From the IMG/VR virus record IMGVR_UViG_3300025621_001499, positions 1 through 30,731 of that record: a stretch of DNA of 30,731 nt; one strand, written 5' to 3'. The stretch is from a virus. Taxonomy: Duplodnaviria > Caudoviricetes. Under the pieces are notes generated by a model, which did no database searches, was not told the origin of the DNA, and saw nothing but the letters and a program-made list of their open reading frames with translations. The first letter of the stretch is position 1, and each line of letters opens with the position of its first letter. Shown here piece after piece: positions 24,746 to 30,731 of the stretch. A program made the translations under genes and the position numbers.

Positions 24746-25273
24746 TTAGCCCTGCGCTGGACCGATCTTTCGTCGTTCCGTGATGATAGGGCGTTTGAGA
24801 TCGCCAGCGGTGATCCGTATCTCGACCTCCGCATAGGCAGGCACAACCGAGCCCGGCCACGCTACTCCAAAGGTCGCGCCGGCACGTCCCGACTGACGAT
24901 CATGTCGCATCGCGACCGACATGTTGTTGCCAGTCGCCAGGCCAAATCCACTAGCCCAATCTTTGGAGGGCATCATCAACACATACGGAGAGGTGTTGTC
25001 CGAAAGATATCCAAGCAGGTCCGGCAAAAACAGACCGCCGCCTTTCGTCTTGAGGTGAAGATGGCACATGAGCTGGGTGCCGTTGTCAGCATTCTCGACG
25101 CTGACGGACAGCTCCCAAATCCCAGCGACTGGGGTTTCGGCGTTCAATCGAAGCACTTCGGCTCGCTTCGGCCGAGAACTCGACCACTGCCACAACAAAC
25201 TGATGATCGACAGGAGCAGCGCCAAGGCGCCGGTTCCGGTCTGCAGCCAATCGGTGACGGACGATCCTTCCAT
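24746..25273 (-). CDS. Antisense accessory (moron) protein with an N-terminal TM anchor
   Basis: 'DWLQTGTGALALLLSIISLLWQW' anchor then a beta-rich domain; visibly AT-richer than its flanks. Confidence 0.7.
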   Translation of the reverse strand: MEGSSVTDWLQTGTGALALLLSIISLLWQWSSSRPKRAEVLRLNAETPVAGIWELSVSVENADNGTQLMCHLHLKTKGGGLFLPDLLGYLSDNTSPYVLMMPSKDWASGFGLATGNNMSVAMRHDRQSGRAGATFGVAWPGSVVPAYAEVEIRITAGDLKRPIITERRKIGPAQG

Positions 25274-25326
25274 GAAACACAGTTGCCACGAGGCGTGGCG
25301 AAATCACAAGCGCAGAGGTGGAAGGC

Positions 25327-26508
25327 ATGACCGTCGCCATCCTGCCGATCGGCAAGGTCGGCCAGGCCGATTTGTCCCTGAACCTCGACCGCCTGCTCGC
25401 GGGACGGATGCTCATCCAGGGATCGTCCGGAGCGGGCAAGAGCCAGCTGCTGCGCGTGATCGTGGAAGAGGCCTTCGACTATGTCACCTGCATGATCGTG
25501 GATCCGGAGGGGGAGTTCGGTAACCTGGCGGCCCACATCGGGGCGACCACCATCCATGCTGTCGAGATCTCGGCCGAGGGGCTGACCGCCGCTGCCATCC
25601 GCGCCAGGCACAACCGGCTGCCGCTTCACCTGGACCTCAGCGACCTGGGCGCGGACGAACGGATCACCAAGGCCGCCGCCTTCTTCACCGGCCTGACCGA
25701 GGCTCCGCGCGAGGACTGGGCCAATACCGTCCTGGTCGCCGTCGACGAAGCCCACCTGCTGGCCCCGCACATGGCAGCGTCTGCCCGCGACGGCGAGACC
25801 CGCCGCCTCGGCGTCGCCACCCTGACCGACCTGTGTGCCCGGGGCCGCAAGCGCGGCGTCGCCCCGGTAATCGCCACGCAGCGCCTGGCCAAGCTGGCGG
25901 CCTCTGTCGTGTCCGAGCTGCAGAACGTCCTGATCGGCCTCAACGTCTTCGACCGCGACGTTGCACGCGCCGCCGACCTCCTAGGCTTCGGCAGCCAGCG
26001 GGCTGACGATCTGCGCCGCCTCGCGGCGGGCCAGTTCTATGCCATCGGCCCTGCGCTCAGCTCGCGCGCGGTCATGGCCCAGATCAACCTGTCCGTTACG
26101 CCCCACCTGGGCGCGACCCCAGACCTAATCGGACCTTCGGACACTTCGGCCGAGACTGCTGCCGGCATGCTGGATCTCGCGGCTCTACGCGAGACCGGCT
26201 CATCGTCGCGCAGCCAGCTGACGGCCCAGCGGGGAGGTCGGGCTCTGGACGGTTTCCTGCTCGACCCCGCCGCCGGCACCGCCGTCCGGATCCTCGACGC
26301 CCTGCGCCGCATCGCGCCCAACGCCACGACCTGCCAGGACCTGGCCGGCCACCTTTCCGTGGCCCTCGACGTTGTGCACGATGGGCTGGACCTGCTGGCC
26401 TCGGTCGCGGCCGCCGACACCATGCCGCGCGGCGAGGATCGCATTGCGCGTCTCTCGGCTCGCCTGCGTCTCAAGACCTCCGATACACCCGTGGTGGGGC
26501 TGGCCTGA
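25327..26508 (+). CDS. HerA/FtsK-superfamily (DUF87/DUF853-like) ATPase with a C-terminal wHTH-like region
   Basis: Walker A GSSGAGKS, 'IVDPEGEF', Walker B 'VAVDEAH', 'RGRKRG', 'ATQR'. Confidence 0.9.
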   Translation: MTVAILPIGKVGQADLSLNLDRLLAGRMLIQGSSGAGKSQLLRVIVEEAFDYVTCMIVDPEGEFGNLAAHIGATTIHAVEISAEGLTAAAIRARHNRLPLHLDLSDLGADERITKAAAFFTGLTEAPREDWANTVLVAVDEAHLLAPHMAASARDGETRRLGVATLTDLCARGRKRGVAPVIATQRLAKLAASVVSELQNVLIGLNVFDRDVARAADLLGFGSQRADDLRRLAAGQFYAIGPALSSRAVMAQINLSVTPHLGATPDLIGPSDTSAETAAGMLDLAALRETGSSSRSQLTAQRGGRALDGFLLDPAAGTAVRILDALRRIAPNATTCQDLAGHLSVALDVVHDGLDLLASVAAADTMPRGEDRIARLSARLRLKTSDTPVVGLA

Positions 26509-27821
26509 TGCAGGACTTCGACATCGTCGAACTGGTAGCCTGGACGCCGCCTTCCGCCGCCGTAGGTCAGCTGCGGGAGGTCGCCTTTCGGGCCAACGCC
26601 TGGCTGCCGTCAGAGGATGCGGCGCTGCGAACGGCCTTCGCATCCGACATCGCCCTGCGTGACATCGCGCGCCTGGTGGGCCGCACTTTGCCGGCGACGC
26701 GTCAGCGCATCCAGGACCTCGGCCTGCGACGCAATTCCACCCGGCCCTGGAGCGCCCTGGAAGACGAGGAACTGGCGCAGCGGTACGGGGACGAGGCCAC
26801 GGCCGATCTGGCGCGGGATCTGGGGCGCGGCATTCCCGCCCTCTACAATCGCGCCCGCCTGCTGGGTCTGTCGCGGACCGGAGAACCGGCCTGGACCCCT
26901 TGGGAAGACGCCCAGCTTCGCGCCGGCTACGAGGCGGGGATTCCGGTGTCCGACCTCGAGCGGATGATCGGCCGCACGGTCGCGGCAATCCGGACGCACG
27001 GCAGCGACATGGGCGTGCGCCACGCCAATCACCCGGCGGGATGGTCGGATGAAGAGGTCGCCCGCGCCCTCGAGCTGGCGCAGTCCGGCAAGCGCTATGC
27101 CGCCATCCGCGCCCAGCTGATCGCCGAAGGTTTCCCCGCGCGCAGCAAGGTCGGGTTCGGCATGAAGATTCGCCTGATCGGTTACAGCCGAGGATGGGGA
27201 CGGCGCTGGACGGCCGAGGAAGATGACCGCCTTCGTCTCGCCTATGCCCAGGGCGACAACCTGCGCCAGCTGGCGCGCGATCTGCAGCGCAAGCCGGGCT
27301 CGCTGCGCTGGCGTGCCGACGAACTGGGTCTGCAGGGCACCCATGAGAAGACCGCAGGCTGGCTGACCGAGCCGGTCTGGACCGCCGAAGATGAGGCGAC
27401 GCTGCGGCGCGAATACGGAGCCACCTCGACGCCGGCGCTCGCCGCGCGGCTCGGTCGCGGCGTCCGCGCCGTCTATCAGCGCGCCGCCCATCTGGGTCTG
27501 AAGCACGGCTATCACCGGCCCTGGGAGGACATCGAGGCCGCCCTGATCGTGACCGCCTGGCGGACGGGCGCAGGCCTGGAGGATCTCGCGCACGTCCTGC
27601 AGCGCGACAAGGCAGTGGTCAGCAAATACGCCATCCGCCTCGGTTATCGGATGTCAGATCCCGACCGGCCGGCCAGCCCCTCCCGGGTCACGCCCGCAAC
27701 CCCGCCGCTCTCTCGGGACGCCCTGATAAGCCGGATGACACCGGCCGACCTGGCCGTGAAGGCGCTGGCGCTGCGACCCCGGGGGCGGGCGGCCCTCAGC
27801 CAGGGAGGCGCACATGTCTGA
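26508..27821 (+). CDS. Tandem Myb/SANT-like HTH repeat protein
   Basis: Seven W-x-x-x-[ED]-[EDVA]...(L/I)A..LGR...LG units; TGATG-coupled to the ATPase. Confidence 0.85.
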   Translation: MQDFDIVELVAWTPPSAAVGQLREVAFRANAWLPSEDAALRTAFASDIALRDIARLVGRTLPATRQRIQDLGLRRNSTRPWSALEDEELAQRYGDEATADLARDLGRGIPALYNRARLLGLSRTGEPAWTPWEDAQLRAGYEAGIPVSDLERMIGRTVAAIRTHGSDMGVRHANHPAGWSDEEVARALELAQSGKRYAAIRAQLIAEGFPARSKVGFGMKIRLIGYSRGWGRRWTAEEDDRLRLAYAQGDNLRQLARDLQRKPGSLRWRADELGLQGTHEKTAGWLTEPVWTAEDEATLRREYGATSTPALAARLGRGVRAVYQRAAHLGLKHGYHRPWEDIEAALIVTAWRTGAGLEDLAHVLQRDKAVVSKYAIRLGYRMSDPDRPASPSRVTPATPPLSRDALISRMTPADLAVKALALRPRGRAALSQGGAHV

Positions 27822-28026
27822 CACCCACCGCCTCGAAGGTGCCGCCGCGATCGCGCGCTACATCGGAAAGCCCGAACGCTGGGTCTATCAGGCCCGCGAG
27901 CGCGGGTGGCGCGTCCCCATCCGCAAGGCAGACGGCCTGGGCATCTATGCCTTCACCGACGAACTGGACGCCTGGCAGCGCGATCCCTCGACTCTGTCGT
28001 GGACGCCCGAAGCTGCCAGGGCGTGA
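27814..28026 (+). CDS. Excisionase-like HTH protein
   Basis: 'GAAAIARYIG...WVY...PIRK...ELDAW'; directly upstream of the integrase. Confidence 0.75.
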   Translation: MSDTHRLEGAAAIARYIGKPERWVYQARERGWRVPIRKADGLGIYAFTDELDAWQRDPSTLSWTPEAARA

Positions 28027-28072
28027 CGGCGAGGTCGGGGTGTGCCTCTATGCCGCTCCGGAGAGATAGACG

Positions 28073-29335
28073 ATGGCCAGCGTTCACAAGACAAAGCACC
28101 GACCGCGCAAGGATGGCTCCGTGCCCTTCAGCTGGCGCGCCGTCTGGACGGCCCCCGATGGTGCGCGGCAGTCGAAGAACTTCCCCCGCAAGAGCGAGGC
28201 GACGGCGTGGCTTGCCGAGGTCTCGGCCGGTCGCGTAGGCGGCTCGACGGCCATGACCTTCGCCGAACTGGCCGAGGCCCATATCGCCTACTTCGACAGC
28301 CTGGTCCGGCTCGGCAAGCGCCAGGCCGTCACGCGCGACGGCTATCAGACTGCCCTGGACCAGCATCTGAAAGCCGATCCAGCCCTCGCACGAACCCGAC
28401 TCGCCCAGCTGCGCACGCCGACCATACAGGCGTCGCTTGACGACTTGGTGGCCCGCACGGGATCGACGAACCTCGCCCGCTCGATCCGCAGATCCTACGT
28501 GACCTGGTGTAAGTTCGGCATGCGTCGCGGGTGGCTGCTGACCAATCCGGCCCAGGCCTGCGAGGTCGAGCGCGACGGTGTCGGCCGCGAGGCGGAGCCC
28601 GCGTTCGAGATCCCGCCGAAAGAGGTTCTCGCCAAGCTGCTGCGCGCCGCTGCAGAAGGGCCAACGCCCGCACGCGACACCATGGTCGTGCGCCTGCTGA
28701 TGTTCGCGGGACTTCGCGCCTCGGAGCTGCTGGGCCTGGCTGACGACGCCATCACCGTCCGCCCGGGTCATGGTGCAGGGGGCGGCGGCAAAGTGAAGAT
28801 CCGCGAACGCCTCGATCGTCACTATCGGACGCTGGATCCGCCGAAGTCCGAGAAGGGGCGCCGCGATGTTCCGATCGGGGAGGGCGCGGCCCTTGCCGTC
28901 CGGGCGTGGCGACTAGCGCGAGGACCGGTCGCGCCGTTCGAGCACGTCGACGGCCGCCGGCAGCCGCGCCGGGTCGCAGGGCGGCTCTTGCCGAACCCGA
29001 CGCCCCCAATCGGCAGCAACACTGCCACGGGCGTGTGGAGCTATAACGAGTTCCACCGCCATTGCTGGTTGCCGCTCATGCGCCGCGCGGGCCTGGTCCA
29101 GATGCTGCCCGACAGCAAGGGCAAGAACCGCCCCGTACTAGCCTTCGGCCCGCACACCCTGCGCCACGTCGCCGCCAGCCTCTGGATCGACCAGGGCCTG
29201 CGGCCGAAGAAGGTCCAGGAGTTGCTGGGTCACGCCACACTGCAGCTGACGATGGATCTGTACGGCCACCTGTGGTCCGACCCCGAAGCCGACGATGCGC
29301 TGGCACAGGCGAGCGAACGACTGATCGGCGGCTAG
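28073..29335 (+). CDS. int: Tyrosine recombinase / phage integrase
   Basis: GLRASE (R), PKS (K), HTLRH, LLGH, DLYGH (Y); N-terminal arm-binding-like region. Confidence 0.95.
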   Translation: MASVHKTKHRPRKDGSVPFSWRAVWTAPDGARQSKNFPRKSEATAWLAEVSAGRVGGSTAMTFAELAEAHIAYFDSLVRLGKRQAVTRDGYQTALDQHLKADPALARTRLAQLRTPTIQASLDDLVARTGSTNLARSIRRSYVTWCKFGMRRGWLLTNPAQACEVERDGVGREAEPAFEIPPKEVLAKLLRAAAEGPTPARDTMVVRLLMFAGLRASELLGLADDAITVRPGHGAGGGGKVKIRERLDRHYRTLDPPKSEKGRRDVPIGEGAALAVRAWRLARGPVAPFEHVDGRRQPRRVAGRLLPNPTPPIGSNTATGVWSYNEFHRHCWLPLMRRAGLVQMLPDSKGKNRPVLAFGPHTLRHVAASLWIDQGLRPKKVQELLGHATLQLTMDLYGHLWSDPEADDALAQASERLIGG

Positions 29336-29817
29336 GCTACGCGCCTGTCGAACGCAGCGATGATCGCCCGACGCATTTCGTTGAAATCAGTGCGGGGAAT
29401 CGCAGCCGACACTCTCAGCACAGCGTGGCGATCATTGTCCGGCATCGGATCGTCGTACACCCGCACTGCGCCCTCAGGGGCGGCGGGGTGCTTAATGGTC
29501 CTAAGAGCAGCAACGTTGGCGATCCACGCCCCCTTGGCCGTTCGCCCTTCTCTTTTTGCCGCCTGCTGCTGCGATCTCGCCCTTAGGGCGTCGTCATCCA
29601 GATCGACCACTCTGTCGACAGAACACCCATCAGCCTGACCGCAGACATTGCTCGGGTTCGGGATGCCATGACCCGTCAAATCCTTGCGCGTGAATGCCAG
29701 CACGTCGGGATCGTCGATCTTGGAATGAATCAGGCGAGCGATATCTTCTTCGCAGCGCACGAGGCCGGGCGCTTCGCCGCAACAAGGTTCGTCATCAGGC
29801 CGCACGGTCCACGTCAT
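29332..29817 (-). CDS. Hypothetical protein, possible ADP-ribosyltransferase-like/RES-like toxin fold
   Basis: 'EDIARL...AF...GCSVDR...VYDDP...N..HA' spaced R/S/H pattern; fold assignment is inference. Confidence 0.6.
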   Translation of the reverse strand: MTWTVRPDDEPCCGEAPGLVRCEEDIARLIHSKIDDPDVLAFTRKDLTGHGIPNPSNVCGQADGCSVDRVVDLDDDALRARSQQQAAKREGRTAKGAWIANVAALRTIKHPAAPEGAVRVYDDPMPDNDRHAVLRVSAAIPRTDFNEMRRAIIAAFDRRVA

Positions 29818-29827
29818 GGATCGAGAC

Positions 29828-30331
29828 CTAAACGAAAGCCCCGATTCGGTTCAAGAAAGGGGTGAGGGCGTCCACAGCGAAGGGCTCGTCGATACGCAAG
29901 GGCTGATCCAGACCTGGCTCTCGCAAGAAGGCGATGATGTGCCCATCGTCGGTCTGGGAAATGGACGCATAGCCATCACCCTTTACCCACTCGAACATAA
30001 CCTCGCCGTCGCCGGAGACACCAGCGGTCGGCGCTGGTGCGGACACGCTCTCCAGTTCGTTCAGGATTACGTGGCTCGCCTCGATCGTGAAATCAGACGG
30101 GGCGATGCCATCGTCGCCATCCCAATCCAGCGGAAGTGACTTCCATCGGCTCAGCTTGGCGCGCAGCACGCTCCAGGCCGAGGACTGTTTCAGCGCTCGA
30201 AAATCGTTGAGCGATATCACCTGCGGAGCACCGGCGACGCCAGCGTGCGCGGCTACGCAAGGCATTGCCCCTGCCGCCATAGCTACAGCGAAAGCTGTAG
30301 CCTGCGTCATCGTGGTCCGGTTCTGGGGCAT
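29828..30331 (-). CDS. Hypothetical protein with an LxxxWDG...DGEVxFEW motif
   Basis: 'SLPLDWDGDDG..P' and 'GDGEVMFEW'; operonic spacing of 4 and 10 nt. Confidence 0.7.
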   Translation of the reverse strand: MPQNRTTMTQATAFAVAMAAGAMPCVAAHAGVAGAPQVISLNDFRALKQSSAWSVLRAKLSRWKSLPLDWDGDDGIAPSDFTIEASHVILNELESVSAPAPTAGVSGDGEVMFEWVKGDGYASISQTDDGHIIAFLREPGLDQPLRIDEPFAVDALTPFLNRIGAFV

Positions 30332-30335
30332 TACC

Positions 30336-30731
30336 CTATTTGTCCACGTCTATCATGGATTGCAACCTTTGCATTACGAGCGCGGCGTCCAGGTTGCCGG
30401 CCTCGATCTGCTGCGCAAGGATAGTAAACGCCATATCCATGGCTGGTTGCGGCACCATGCGAACGTGTCCGATATCGAACTGTTCGGGCCTGAACCCCTG
30501 AGGCGTGAAATCCACGCGCACCTTGTCGTCGCGCGTCTCGAGGACGACGCCCTTCTGCGCGCGGACGATGAACTCCTGCCGCAACATGATCATCTCGACG
30601 TATTCATTCGTCGAGACAGTGATGACCTGGTCGGGGAAGAATGTTGTGCGCGAGCCGCCCTGGTGGACGGGCACCAGAATGTCGTCACCGACCGAGGGCA
30701 TGATGTCAGCAGTGGAGTCGTAGTCGTTCAT
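30336..30731 (-). CDS. Hypothetical protein, loosely DUF3467-like
   Basis: 'FFPDQV.....EYVEM...HVRMVPQPAMDMAFTI' pattern; start lies at the window edge. Confidence 0.6.
   Translation of the reverse strand: MNDYDSTADIMPSVGDDILVPVHQGGSRTTFFPDQVITVSTNEYVEMIMLRQEFIVRAQKGVVLETRDDKVRVDFTPQGFRPEQFDIGHVRMVPQPAMDMAFTILAQQIEAGNLDAALVMQRLQSMIDVDK

Larger units (their letters stand above)
1..30731. mobile_element. Prophage lacking head and tail-shaft genes (cryptic prophage or satellite-like element)
   Basis: Integrase, immunity, replication, cos/terS, tail tip/fibres and lysis genes in lambdoid order; att sites not seen. Confidence 0.9.

Noticed and set aside
25327-26508. SIR2-HerA or HerA-NurA system
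   Set aside because: No sirtuin or nuclease partner is adjacent, and the gene sits within the phage early operon.
29336-30731. att site or tRNA target next to the integrase
   Set aside because: No tRNA-like sequence or end-to-end direct repeat was recognised; the boundaries probably lie outside the window.

Overview
A GC-rich temperate prophage in lambdoid layout. Gene content and a CtrA-like DNA-binding domain suggest an alphaproteobacterial, probably Caulobacteraceae-like, host (inference). From right to left it carries: an uncharacterised 3-gene accessory cassette; a tyrosine integrase and excisionase; an early-left operon with a HerA-like ATPase and a 7x Myb-like repeat protein; an immunity region (S24 CI repressor, Cro, CII-like gene, five 16-bp operators, a WYL-TerB accessory gene); an early-right operon (CtrA-like wHTH, DNA methyltransferase, antisense hicAB, split primase plus D5 helicase, iteron-rich origin, NusG-family antiterminator); a lambda-like cos site and small terminase; then tail tip, two fibre modules and lysis genes. 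The most striking point is that no terminase large subunit, portal, capsid, tail tube or tape measure gene is present. TerS is joined to the tail-tip gene through a ~130-bp scar that looks like a gene start fused to a gene end. Both antisense accessory loci inside the early operons are spanned by sense-strand 'bridge' ORFs coupled to their neighbours at both ends. Several candidate anti-phage modules are present. All family calls come from motif recognition by eye; no database searches were run.
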